DNA from: a virus | Lineage: Duplodnaviria; Heunggongvirae; Uroviricota; Caudoviricetes | Virus record (IMG/VR): IMGVR_UViG_2721755721_000007 | DNA: 42,037 bases | Strand: one strand, 5' to 3' | Shown: in pieces, positions 20,038 to 29,115 of the stretch | Layout: every line of letters starts with the position of its first letter | Position numbering within the stretch: the first letter of the stretch is position 1 | Made by a program: the position numbers and the translations under genes | Notes under the pieces: generated by a model | What the model saw: the letters and a program-made list of their open reading frames with translations, nothing else | Database searches by the model: none | What the model was told of the DNA's origin: nothing

Positions 20038-21078
20038 TTAGCCAATGCGAACGGTAACAAAACGATTGATGCGGGCCGGTATTGGCTGTGGTGCTGAATG
20101 TGTCTGCACATATTCAATAGCCGGATCACCAGGCACAATATAGTTTTTCGGTGCAAGTTCGGCTTTAGTCAGCCCCATTCGGATTAGCTCCGGATCCTGA
20201 ATACCGCCATAGGCGACAATCCCCTGAAGAGCCGTATTGCCAAGCACCATCAAATCAGGATCAAGGAAATGTTTTTCAGTTCCGTCCTCGTCGGTATAAC
20301 GCCCGCTGTAAACAACAATCGCAACATCGCCCATATATCCTTTAAAACTCACCGAATCACCAAGGTCTTTAAGGGCCGTTTCCAGTTCGGAATTAGAACC
20401 ACGACGGGTATCCAGAGCCTCTTTTATCGCTCTGAATGAACGGTATTTCTTCCATACATTACCGCCCATAATGATGATATTAGTGACGCCCTCACTAAAT
20501 TCTGCGTAGCTCTCAATATCATCATTTGGATCAAAAGTTTCTTTATCCTTACCTGACCACTCAGTACCGCCAGACTGAGTGATGATATTTTGTGGTTTAA
20601 TATTCCAGTCCAGCTCATAACGTTCAATACCATCGCCCTCAATGATATTTTTCCCCGTTGTGATTGCCTGAACGGCAAGCCATTCAATACGTGCACGAAT
20701 AGCTTTAGCTTGATTTACAATCGCCTGTTTAACTTTAATATTACGCGCCCCAAAAGCATTGTATTGCTCAGGTGATACACCAGCAGGGCGCACAGCTAAC
20801 TTATTTGGATCAATGCTGCTTTTCGGCTTCATATAGCCTGGACGAATTGTTTTTGATTCGTACCCTTCGTCACGTGAAACTTTACTACCCACCATAGGAG
20901 AACAAAACGCTGCAATTGGGATATTTGGATCGTCGATTGTATCAAGAATAATATCGCGCGATCCAAACATTACCGAGCGAGTAAAAAACAAACTGGTAAA
21001 CAACGCATTTAGTTGTTTTTGTACATCTACAGCATTAACCACCTGTACAAGCTGGGTAGGCGAATATAAATCAACCAT
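20038..21078 (-). CDS. Major capsid protein homologue, lambda gpE family (~346 aa), island-encoded
   Basis: About 50% identical to lambda gpE over the C-terminal two-thirds (ITQSGGTEWS..., DTRRGSNSELETA.KDLG, GDVAIVVYSG). Start taken at MVDLYSPTQ, with AAGAGG 6 nt upstream; the tracked ORF extends a further 71 codons. Confidence 0.85.
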   Translation of the reverse strand: MVDLYSPTQLVQVVNAVDVQKQLNALFTSLFFTRSVMFGSRDIILDTIDDPNIPIAAFCSPMVGSKVSRDEGYESKTIRPGYMKPKSSIDPNKLAVRPAGVSPEQYNAFGARNIKVKQAIVNQAKAIRARIEWLAVQAITTGKNIIEGDGIERYELDWNIKPQNIITQSGGTEWSGKDKETFDPNDDIESYAEFSEGVTNIIIMGGNVWKKYRSFRAIKEALDTRRGSNSELETALKDLGDSVSFKGYMGDVAIVVYSGRYTDEDGTEKHFLDPDLMVLGNTALQGIVAYGGIQDPELIRMGLTKAELAPKNYIVPGDPAIEYVQTHSAPQPIPARINRFVTVRIG

Positions 21079-21252
21079 ACGCATCCTCTTTGCATTCATT
21101 AAAAATAATTGTGGATATATGCTATCACCGATATTTGTCATGCGAACACATGCAACCGAGTGCAATGTTGTATAAAGTTTTGGGGTGACAACTTCAGTGC
21201 GGACAATTAGTGTTAATATCTTCACTCCCTTTGGTCGGGATTTATGTAGCAT

Positions 21253-21283
21253 GCCGGAAAATTTATTTTTTCCGGCTTTTTTT
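21253..21283 (+). terminator. Terminator-like hairpin oriented against the island late operon
   Basis: GCCGGAAAA-tttatt-TTTTCCGGC followed by TTTTTTT on the plus strand, in the SSB/capsid-homologue intergenic region. Confidence 0.4.
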
Positions 21284-21294
21284 ATTGGCAATAT

Positions 21295-21744
21295 TTAAAA
21301 CGGGATATCATCTCCCCATTGCTCATTATCTCCCTCTGGTGGCTGGCTTCCTTGCTGATCTGCCTGTTGTTTTGCTCTGTTCAGTGCGTCAGTAGCCTGC
21401 CCCTGTTGGCCTTTTTTGCCGCCCGGTCGCACCGATCGCGCACTGATTACGCTGTCTGCGATAACCTGCCAGCCCTGCCGCGTTTCGCCGTTCTGTCCAG
21501 TCCACTGGCTCATCTGCATGTTACCCGCCACGCTCAGGAGTTCGCCTTTGTGATGCTTTGCCAGCGCGTCGGCTTGTCTGCCAAACGCCAGGACAGATAA
21601 CCACAACGTCGCCAGACCGTCATCCGACTGACTGCAGGGCAGTGATACCGCCATACGCGCCAGCGTCATGGGGGTGCCCTTGCTGGTCTGTTTTGTCTGC
21701 GGGTCGTCCACCAACCGCCCGTAAACTGATATTTGCGCCGTCAT
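21295..21744 (-). CDS. ssb: Single-stranded DNA-binding protein (149 aa)
   Basis: OB-fold-like N-terminus, Gly/Gln-rich linker and the acidic C-terminal tail ...WGDDIPF typical of bacterial and phage SSB. Confidence 0.8.
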   Translation of the reverse strand: MTAQISVYGRLVDDPQTKQTSKGTPMTLARMAVSLPCSQSDDGLATLWLSVLAFGRQADALAKHHKGELLSVAGNMQMSQWTGQNGETRQGWQVIADSVISARSVRPGGKKGQQGQATDALNRAKQQADQQGSQPPEGDNEQWGDDIPF

Positions 21745-21998
21745 GCTGCCTGCTCTCCGGACTTAATATTGATTGTTGTCACTTCCTCCGCTTCAGCAAT
21801 CTCCCGTTCGGTCAGCGTGGCAAAGTTTGCAGCCGCCGTTGTCATGAATGCGCTTATCAGTTCGGGATGTGCTTTCGCGTATCCTTCCCCGGCGTTGCGG
21901 TCTATTGCCTTAATCGCCACCCTTAGCCAGTGTTCAGCCATATCAAGGGCGCGGTAATGTGGCTTTATATGTTTGTTCAGTTTTCCTGATGTGTGCAT
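21741..21998 (-). CDS. Hypothetical protein (85 aa)
   Basis: ORF tightly coupled to ssb (4-nt overlap); no recognised motif. Confidence 0.4.
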   Translation of the reverse strand: MHTSGKLNKHIKPHYRALDMAEHWLRVAIKAIDRNAGEGYAKAHPELISAFMTTAAANFATLTEREIAEAEEVTTINIKSGEQAA

Positions 21999-22039
21999 TT
22001 TTATTTTTACCCCCTCGTTTAAAAAGTTTTTTGTGCACC

Positions 22040-22277
22040 ACCACCTTGTCTACCTTGTCTACCTGATTAGTTATCAGGCCAGTAATGGCGCGGGTTTCAG
22101 GGAGGTAGACAGCCCCAAATAGCTGTCTACCTCATCTCTACCCGTCTCCTTACCTGTCTACAAAAATGGGTAGATAAGGTAGATAACAGGTAGACAGTGA
22201 AAAATAGTTATCTACCTGCATTAATACATTGAAATAAAAGTATTTTCTTTCAGTCAGGTAGACAAGGTAGATAACCA
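22040..22277. repeat. Iteron array, putative island replication origin
   Basis: At least 10 copies of an 8-bp GGTAGA(C/T)A motif in both orientations within ~240 bp, immediately 3' of the primase-helicase gene. Confidence 0.75.
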
Positions 22278-22287
22278 TTGCCATTTT

Positions 22288-24039
22288 TTATAAAAACGCA
22301 TCGCAATCATCAGTAGTCGTTGCGTTGGTCTGCGTGACTCCCTTAACTTTTCGCGTAATATATTCATATCCGTAAACTTTCGCCGCTGACCTCATAGCCT
22401 TTCCGAACTCATTCACGCTCAAACATTTCCCCTTTCCTGTGTATGCCATGAAGGCCATATAGACACGGTAAAGGCTGTTTCTGGTCGTGTACTTCACGGT
22501 GTCACCACCACCGCCCATCATTAGCCCACGAGCTTCCTCCAGAAACTCCAGCGCCGCGCAAAGCTCAACAACCGGATCCGTTTGCTGCTTTATTGCCAGA
22601 GCTTCATCACCGTCACGCTGTTCCAGTAATAAAGCCCGTGCCTTTTCAGGGGCAGCAAAATTAGCCAGCAAGCGGCGGATAATTACGGGGATTTCTGCCG
22701 CTATCTTTTCCGGTAATTCCTTGTCTTTTTCGTCCTCCCTTACAATGTTGTCGAACCGGAAAATCACCCGACGGCGTGACACACCTCCGGCCCGTTCGGT
22801 AAAGATCATCGGGTCGTTATTGGTTGCCAGTACCACCGCCCTTATTATCGTCGTGAATCGCTTCTCATATTTCGGGTTAATTTCAACGGGATCGCCTCCC
22901 GTGATTTTCTTGATGCCCGTGCCTTCCCCCGTATATTTCGGCTGATCGGCAAGGACGATAAGACGACTCCCGACAACCTGCGCGCGCCCTCCTGCATCAT
23001 CGAGTGATGTCATCTCCGCGCTTACGGTGTTCTGTTTGCCAGCAAGCAGGGTGGCAATATGGGTAAATGTACTCTTACCGCTTCCCCCGTCTCCGGTGGC
23101 CTCAATGAACATCTGCCAGTCGTAGCGGTTCGCCATAATCATGTATAACGCGGCACATATACGCATCATCTTACGCGGGTCTTTTCTTGCAGCATGTTCA
23201 AGCCATTTATGGAAATTTGGCGCATTATCGCGGATGTTTTCCCCTGCTACTGGTGGCGTGTACTCAATGCCATTGTGCGTGGTGCTCCAGTGCTCCGGCG
23301 AGTGCGGAGAAAATTCCCCCGTTTTCAGGTTAAGCACACCATTAGTGAACGGTAGCAAATCACCGGACGGCTCCCCCATGGGGTCGGCAATAACTTTTAA
23401 CGCTTCCACGGCGTTATTGATTACACGTTTGCTGAACGTGGCCCTGTGCTCTGAATAGATCGCCACCATTTCGCGGCTCAGCTCCATTGTGCTGACCGGA
23501 CACCATACCCCGCCGCGCCATACGTGGACGATTTCACTTTCTGCATGAACACACACACCATCAAAGCGATCGGCAAGTAGTTGTGCACGTTCACTGTCTG
23601 CCATCTGTGAAAGTTGCGCCTTTTGCTTCGTCGGAAGATTAAGCACCAGACTTTCCCCACGCTCGCATTCCTCTTTGAGTCGCGGCAACTGCTCGGATAA
23701 ATCCACTGGGCTGGTGTCAGTAATCCCCGCGTATTCGTGTACGGTCTTCACTCCAGCCACAGCCAGTAACGTAACAATCTGCGTCATGCTGTGCTCTGTG
23801 ATATGTCCTGCGCGGTAAACACGCACACACTGACGATCTTCATCAATGATCCGGTAATCGGTGATATTTTTCAGTTGCTCATCAGCCAGCACGACAGGCG
23901 GCACATCGTCGGCGGCAATATGTTTACCCGCCCATTCCCGCCACTCTTTCGCATGGCTCCACGCATCACTACCTGCAAAGATGATTACCTCTGTCAGTCT
24001 GTCGCGTGGCTGTTTTTTTAAGTTCGGTGCCAGTTTCAT
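22288..24039 (-). CDS. Primase-helicase (P4/D5-like, SF3 helicase domain), 583 aa
   Basis: Walker A GDGGSGKST and layout typical of the P4-family primase C-terminal domain; positioned as a PICI pri-rep gene next to the iterons. Confidence 0.8.
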   Translation of the reverse strand: MKLAPNLKKQPRDRLTEVIIFAGSDAWSHAKEWREWAGKHIAADDVPPVVLADEQLKNITDYRIIDEDRQCVRVYRAGHITEHSMTQIVTLLAVAGVKTVHEYAGITDTSPVDLSEQLPRLKEECERGESLVLNLPTKQKAQLSQMADSERAQLLADRFDGVCVHAESEIVHVWRGGVWCPVSTMELSREMVAIYSEHRATFSKRVINNAVEALKVIADPMGEPSGDLLPFTNGVLNLKTGEFSPHSPEHWSTTHNGIEYTPPVAGENIRDNAPNFHKWLEHAARKDPRKMMRICAALYMIMANRYDWQMFIEATGDGGSGKSTFTHIATLLAGKQNTVSAEMTSLDDAGGRAQVVGSRLIVLADQPKYTGEGTGIKKITGGDPVEINPKYEKRFTTIIRAVVLATNNDPMIFTERAGGVSRRRVIFRFDNIVREDEKDKELPEKIAAEIPVIIRRLLANFAAPEKARALLLEQRDGDEALAIKQQTDPVVELCAALEFLEEARGLMMGGGGDTVKYTTRNSLYRVYMAFMAYTGKGKCLSVNEFGKAMRSAAKVYGYEYITRKVKGVTQTNATTTDDCDAFL

Positions 24040-24335
24040 TTTTTGCCCCTGAATGCGTTAATCATGCTTTTCATTTTCTGGATGTTTCCCCGCGCTTTTT
24101 CCCTGCTGATGGGCTTACTGCGGGGTGCGGCATATACCAGGGAAAAATCACGCCGGAACTGATAAACAGGCATCACGCAGTCATAGCTATACCCCTCACG
24201 GCGGTAAGTGATGCGCCGTTCTGCCACGCCTTTAATCGTTACTGTGCCGCCGTATTTATCGCGGTAAATATCGCCGTTCATAAATTCAGGCCGAGCGGGG
24301 CCGCTGGCAATAAAGCCAGAATTTTTCATTTCCAT
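24036..24335 (-). CDS. Hypothetical protein (99 aa), translationally coupled to the primase
   Basis: ATGA overlap with the downstream primase start; no recognised motif. Confidence 0.45.
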   Translation of the reverse strand: MEMKNSGFIASGPARPEFMNGDIYRDKYGGTVTIKGVAERRITYRREGYSYDCVMPVYQFRRDFSLVYAAPRSKPISREKARGNIQKMKSMINAFRGKK

Positions 24336-24352
24336 ATTATTTATTCCTCGAC

Positions 24353-24574
24353 TTAACTCGACTTATTTGATAGCAGGGCACTATTTATTGCGTCATTGAG
24401 TTTTTCTGCTGATTCATCAATAAGTGACAACAGGCCATAAGCAATATTTGCATCTTCATTGTCATTTATGCAATCAAGCCACATATTTAATATTGCTTTT
24501 GCTGAATTATTTAAAGTTAATGAACTTTCTGCACATGCTAACAATTTAAAAAAGACTTCCCGTTCTGTATTCAT
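24353..24574 (-). CDS. Hypothetical small protein (73 aa)
   Basis: Part of a head-to-tail run of small ORFs in the island early operon; AT-rich. Confidence 0.35.
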   Translation of the reverse strand: MNTEREVFFKLLACAESSLTLNNSAKAILNMWLDCINDNEDANIAYGLLSLIDESAEKLNDAINSALLSNKSS

Positions 24575-24766
24575 TTAATCCCCCACCAGCTTACTTTCTT
24601 CCTCAATCAGGAAACTAGCGACACTTCCCGAAAGGCGCGCCAGTAGGCTCGCCAGCGCGGATATATCAGCATCTGTAATTTTGTTCGGGTATACCTCAAG
24701 AAGGCGGCAAATAATTTCTGTCTGGTGCGCACGTTCAGCGGCTTCGTGTAATGTGATTTCCTGCAT
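24575..24766 (-). CDS. Hypothetical small protein (63 aa)
   Basis: Tightly packed ORF in the same operon. Confidence 0.35.
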   Translation of the reverse strand: MQEITLHEAAERAHQTEIICRLLEVYPNKITDADISALASLLARLSGSVASFLIEEESKLVGD

Positions 24767-24951
24767 TAATGCACCTCTTTTAATTCATACACTGCTGAAA
24801 TAATGACTTGTGATAAGCCATATTCTGATGATTCGCTTCTCACCGCAGCAATAGCCGTCTGAACATTAACAGCCTTCACGTTCTGAGTGATACCAATTGT
24901 GTGGCCCAGTGGGTTAACAGCTCGGGCAAATACACGGAAGGTTTTAAGCAC
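24766..24951 (-). CDS. Hypothetical small protein (61 aa)
   Basis: Tightly packed ORF in the same operon. Confidence 0.35.
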   Translation of the reverse strand: MLKTFRVFARAVNPLGHTIGITQNVKAVNVQTAIAAVRSESSEYGLSQVIISAVYELKEVH

Positions 24952-25207
24952 GGCACACCTCCTGACGAATACGGGCGGCGAATATCATCACGTAGCCAGT
25001 TGGGGATTGCTGGCGGGCTTCCTGTTCGCTGGCGGCCTCGATGTGTATTACGCGTGGTTGTGCGGTGCTCAGGGCGATAAAACGCCAGATGTATTTATTC
25101 AGGTTGTGCGAATCCCGCCCTTGCGGGTGTGTGGTATGATTTCTCATAGCTACCTCGATACTGTTGCTATCGTTGGTGGTTAGACGCCCTGTATGTGTTG
25201 CGAGCAC
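24944..25207 (-). CDS. Hypothetical small protein (up to 87 aa; start uncertain)
   Basis: First ORF of the leftward operon, divergent from the RHH gene; an internal Met (MRNHTTHPQ...) is a possible alternative start. Confidence 0.35.
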   Translation of the reverse strand: MLATHTGRLTTNDSNSIEVAMRNHTTHPQGRDSHNLNKYIWRFIALSTAQPRVIHIEAASEQEARQQSPTGYVMIFAARIRQEVCRA

Positions 25208-25244
25208 TGCAGGGCGTTGTTATATAGCAATAAAACATGATAAG

Positions 25245-25286
25245 GTGTGTACCTATCAAGAATCATACTAAGCAATAGGTACACAC
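25245..25286. promoter_or_regulatory. Perfect 12-bp inverted repeat (GTGTGTACCTAT-N18-ATAGGTACACAC) abutting the RHH start codon; putative operator
   Basis: Read directly; arms at 25245-25256 and 25275-25286, lying in the divergent intergenic region between the early operon and the RHH gene. Confidence 0.55.
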
Positions 25287-25481
25287 ATGTCAACTATCAT
25301 TCAACGTGATAAACAACCGAAAGGTGCAGGTAAAGCACCAGCATTCCAAGTCCGTATTAACCCAGAATTAAAAGAACAAATGGTTAATGTCGCTGCCAAA
25401 GAAGGGATGAGCTTAGGTAACTGGCTAAAAGAACTGGCTCGTGCCGAACTAATAAAACAAGGAATAACACCTAAAGGCTGA
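25287..25481 (+). CDS. Small ribbon-helix-helix (CopG/Arc-like) DNA-binding protein, 64 aa
   Basis: Predicted beta-strand FQVRINPELKEQM followed by helices VNVAAKEGMSLGNWLKELARAEL; typical RHH layout. Confidence 0.6.
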   Translation: MSTIIQRDKQPKGAGKAPAFQVRINPELKEQMVNVAAKEGMSLGNWLKELARAELIKQGITPKG

Positions 25482-25504
25482 TAATTTGCATAAAGGATTC
25501 TTCT

Positions 25505-26854
25505 ATGACAACAAGTCACAAAATGCTAGAAATCAGTAAAGAACAATTTGATGTATTTTTCTATGGTCGTACACCATACGTAAAAACCTTTTCGGAGGAA
25601 ATCTGTTGGTTCAAATTTATAAAGGATGATGTCACGATCTTAGCAACAATTGTTTTTTGTAAAATAGATAATGATTACAACGCTATATTTCTAGGTAGGG
25701 ATTTAGATAAAAAATTTAGAGCGATTAAAGTAATTGTATCCCGTGAATCTAAAGATGATTTAATTACTGATATGGAAAAAGCCATACCAGAGCTATTATC
25801 ACTACACAAGAACGGTTGTTTTATACAGGGTGACGAATCAGAGTCGGCATTTTCAATATTCCTAGCCAAAGTTCCAGAACATAAAAAAAACGTTTATCTA
25901 AGAATGCTACTTGAGGAACCCAAACACTATCCTGCATTTATTGTTATGCAAGAGTTAGCTTATTGGTGTAAAGATCCTGATGGAATATTCATCAGAGATT
26001 TCCAGAGTGCTTCATTTAACTCTCGCTTATTCGAACTTTATCTAAACGCAGTTTTCTACGAAATGGATTTCGTAATATGCAGAGATTATGCTCAACCTGA
26101 TTATATTATCTCAAAAAATGGCATTGATATTGCTGTAGAAGCTGCCACAGTTGCAGAACAAGAGGAACCTACCGAGAAATTGATACTTGATCATGAGGCA
26201 GTAGAAGATCTTCAGAGATATGTAAAAGAACAAATGCCATTCAAATTTGCCCGCACTCTATTAAAGAAAGTTAGGCATAAACCTGAACCCTTAAAATTAT
26301 GCTATTGGGAACTAGATCATACAAAAGGAAAGCCTTTCATTATTGCTTTACACGATTACTCACGCAGATTTTCGATGAGTATATCAATGCCAGCACTACA
26401 AAGCTATCTGTATGGTGTAGATATGGATTCTGGAAGTAAAATTGAACAACATTTATTTGAAAATCGAAGTATACAATCTAATTTTTTCGGCTCTAATAAA
26501 AATGAGAATGTCTCAGCCATATTACTTGCGACACATGCCACCATCCCAAAATTTGATAGGATGGGAGTAGTGGCAGGGATTGAACAAAAAAATGTCAAAT
26601 CCATCGTTAGAGGTATTAAAACTGATGAAGGCTGTACCCCAATGCCTTTTACTGCTCTTGTCAATGCACCTTCATATCAAGAACCATGGTGTACAGCAAT
26701 ATACATGTTTCATAATCCGAAGGCATTAAATCCTATACGCCCTGAATTATTCCCAAGAGTTATTCATATTTTTGAAGAAGATGGAGAAATAGTTCAATAC
26801 TTACCACCTAATTATATAATCTCATCAACTACGCACGTATTTGAATTTAAGTGA
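25505..26854 (+). CDS. Orphan protein of unknown function (449 aa), co-oriented with and 24 bp downstream of the RHH gene
   Basis: Long uninterrupted ORF in a markedly AT-rich segment; no Walker A, HEPN, or other motif I can recognise. Confidence 0.6.
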   Translation: MTTSHKMLEISKEQFDVFFYGRTPYVKTFSEEICWFKFIKDDVTILATIVFCKIDNDYNAIFLGRDLDKKFRAIKVIVSRESKDDLITDMEKAIPELLSLHKNGCFIQGDESESAFSIFLAKVPEHKKNVYLRMLLEEPKHYPAFIVMQELAYWCKDPDGIFIRDFQSASFNSRLFELYLNAVFYEMDFVICRDYAQPDYIISKNGIDIAVEAATVAEQEEPTEKLILDHEAVEDLQRYVKEQMPFKFARTLLKKVRHKPEPLKLCYWELDHTKGKPFIIALHDYSRRFSMSISMPALQSYLYGVDMDSGSKIEQHLFENRSIQSNFFGSNKNENVSAILLATHATIPKFDRMGVVAGIEQKNVKSIVRGIKTDEGCTPMPFTALVNAPSYQEPWCTAIYMFHNPKALNPIRPELFPRVIHIFEEDGEIVQYLPPNYIISSTTHVFEFK

Positions 26855-26905
26855 TTTCAAATCCTATGGGTTTACCCCATAGGATTACATCCACTGTCTA
26901 AATTC

Positions 26906-27127
26906 TTACCACTCTCCCCTAATCCATGCCTGCACTTCTGAAAGACGATATGCAACAGCAGTGGAACCAATCTTGATCCGCTTAGGAAATTTTCCTTCCT
27001 TCTCCAGCTTCCAGCGTGTGCTGTTCGCAAGAGTGGTTAGCTCCCGACATTCTTTCTCACGGATCATACGATCGATATTAGGAATGTACTCCAGACCCTT
27101 TTTATCGACAATTGCCATTTTTTTCAT
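26906..27127 (-). CDS. alpA: AlpA-family transcriptional regulator (73 aa)
   Basis: MKKMAIVDKKGLEYIPNIDRMIREKECRELTTLANSTRWKLEKEGKFPKRIKIGSTAVAYRLSEVQAWI is a typical AlpA HTH. Confidence 0.8.
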   Translation of the reverse strand: MKKMAIVDKKGLEYIPNIDRMIREKECRELTTLANSTRWKLEKEGKFPKRIKIGSTAVAYRLSEVQAWIRGEW

Positions 27128-27176
27128 GTTAACCAGCCTTTTGTTTGTAAGCGACTCGTCAGAACCGTATTGATAT

Positions 27177-28748
27177 TTACTGAGAGCTCAGATCAACTTT
27201 CCAGGGCAACAGATCGCGTACCCGGTTTGCCGGCCAGTCCTGGATATGTTCAATGACGTAACGCAGCCACTTTTCTGGCTCCACATTGTTCAGACGGCAT
27301 GTGCCGATCAGCGAGTACAACACCGCCGCATGTTCACCACCGCTGTCGGAACCCGCGAACATCCAGTTTTTCCGGCCTACGGCCACTCCCCGTAAGGCGT
27401 TCTCTGCGATGTTGTTGTCGATTTCCACCCAGCCATTACTGCAGTACACGTTCAGTGCATCCCACTGTTTCAGCAGGTATGCGAACGCTTTTGCCGTATC
27501 TGAGTGACGCGACAGTGTTTTCATCTGTTGCTGTATCCAGTCATACAGTGACTGCATCAGTGGCGCGGCTCTGGCTTTTCTTGCCGCCAGACGCTGTTCT
27601 GCTGAACAGCCCCGGACCTCTGCCTCGATGGCATACAGTTCACCGATACGCTGCAGGGCTTCCGTGGTGATGTAGGTGGGCGCTCTTGCATGCACATCGT
27701 GGATTTTTCTCCGGGCATGAGCCATACACGCGGCTTCCGTTATTCTGCCGGATTCGTATAACGCCCGGTAACCACCGTAAGCATCGGCCTGAAGCACACC
27801 GCTGTAACCGGCCAGGTGATTTTGTGGATGGATACCTTTCCGGTCCGGACTGTACGCGAACCAGACCGCCGGGGGCATCTGTGAACCGGCGTTACGGTCA
27901 TCACGGACGTAGACCCACAGCCGGGCTGTCCGGGTTTTACCGCTGCCCGGCTCCTGGACCGGGACGGGGATATCATCAGCATGGACTTTACCGGGCATCA
28001 GCACATACTGGCGCAGGACGTCATACAGCGGCTCCAGCAGTTCAGCAACAGCACCTGTCCAGCGCCCCAGTGTGGCACGGCTCAGCTCCACTCCCTGACG
28101 ACGGTATATTTCTGACTGGCGGTATAACGGCAGATGGTCTGCATATTTCCCGGTGACAACATGGGCCAGAAGCCCCGCTCCGGCATAACTGCGTGCAATG
28201 GGTTTTGAAGGTACTGGTGCCTGCACGATATGGTCGCACCGGCAACAGGCCTGTTTCGGACGTTGTGTTTCGATAACCTTAAAGGCGCTGCTGATAAGCT
28301 CCAGTTGCTCTGACACATCACATCCCAGAGAACTGAGTTCACCACCACAGGCAGGACAGCATTCCTCTTCCGGCCGGATAACCCGGGTTTCACGGGGAAG
28401 TGAGGCCGGTAACGGTTTACGGGCTGAAGACTGGCGCAGGGCGGATGGCAGTACCGGGTCATATTGCTCACCCAGCGTTTCCGCCATTTCTTCCTGAAGT
28501 GCGCTGATTCGCTCCTGTGCTTCCTGTATCTGCCGTTCGGTTTTTGCACGAAGTTTTTCTGAGCTTTTACCGAACTGCATACGTTGCAGTTTCGCAACCA
28601 GCGCCTTCAGCCGGTTGATTTCGGAAGCATAAGCCGCCACCCGCTGTGAGAGCAGGCGGTTGTATTCAGCCATCTGGCGGATGGTGTCCTGTTGCGTCTG
28701 CAACAGTGCCCGCAGGCGGGCGTTCTCATGAGCAAGTGAGGTGTCCAT
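27177..28748 (-). CDS. IS66-family transposase TnpC (523 aa)
   Basis: Leucine-zipper-like N-terminus, CxxC...CxxC zinc-finger region and DDE core typical of IS66 TnpC. Confidence 0.85.
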   Translation of the reverse strand: MDTSLAHENARLRALLQTQQDTIRQMAEYNRLLSQRVAAYASEINRLKALVAKLQRMQFGKSSEKLRAKTERQIQEAQERISALQEEMAETLGEQYDPVLPSALRQSSARKPLPASLPRETRVIRPEEECCPACGGELSSLGCDVSEQLELISSAFKVIETQRPKQACCRCDHIVQAPVPSKPIARSYAGAGLLAHVVTGKYADHLPLYRQSEIYRRQGVELSRATLGRWTGAVAELLEPLYDVLRQYVLMPGKVHADDIPVPVQEPGSGKTRTARLWVYVRDDRNAGSQMPPAVWFAYSPDRKGIHPQNHLAGYSGVLQADAYGGYRALYESGRITEAACMAHARRKIHDVHARAPTYITTEALQRIGELYAIEAEVRGCSAEQRLAARKARAAPLMQSLYDWIQQQMKTLSRHSDTAKAFAYLLKQWDALNVYCSNGWVEIDNNIAENALRGVAVGRKNWMFAGSDSGGEHAAVLYSLIGTCRLNNVEPEKWLRYVIEHIQDWPANRVRDLLPWKVDLSSQ

Positions 28749-28767
28749 ATCCTCACTTTACAACGGG

Positions 28768-29115
28768 TTATATGCGGATTCCAGCGCGTTCCGTTCGTTT
28801 CGGGTGCTTCCAGTTGATACCTTCAAGAAGCATGGATAACTGAGCCGGAGTAAGGTGCACCTTGCCGTCACGGGTGACTGGCCAGACGAAGCGGCCCCGC
28901 TCCAGGCGTTTGGTGAAGAGGCACAGTCCGTCACTGTCAGCCCACAACACTTTTATCTGGTCACCCCGGCGTCCGCGGAAGATGAACAGGTGTCCGGAGA
29001 ACGGGTCATCCTTCAGGACGTTCTGAACTTTTGATGCCAGGCCGTTAAAGCCATTTCGCATATCGGTGATACCTGCAACCAGCCAGATACGCGAACCTGC
29101 AGGGAGAGATATCAT
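28768..29115 (-). CDS. IS66-family TnpB (115 aa)
   Basis: MISLPAGSRIWLVAGITDMRNGFNGLASKVQ...HLFIFRGRRGD is the conserved IS66 Orf2. Confidence 0.85.
   Translation of the reverse strand: MISLPAGSRIWLVAGITDMRNGFNGLASKVQNVLKDDPFSGHLFIFRGRRGDQIKVLWADSDGLCLFTKRLERGRFVWPVTRDGKVHLTPAQLSMLLEGINWKHPKRTERAGIRI

Noticed and set aside
21079-21291. 71-codon upstream extension of the capsid-homologue ORF
   Set aside because: No start codon with an RBS in the extension; homology to gpE and a good RBS begin at the Met of MVDLYSPTQ.
22040-22277. Possible CRISPR array suggested by the short repeats
   Set aside because: Repeats are 8 bp, irregularly spaced and in both orientations, with no cas genes; they fit iterons of a replication origin.
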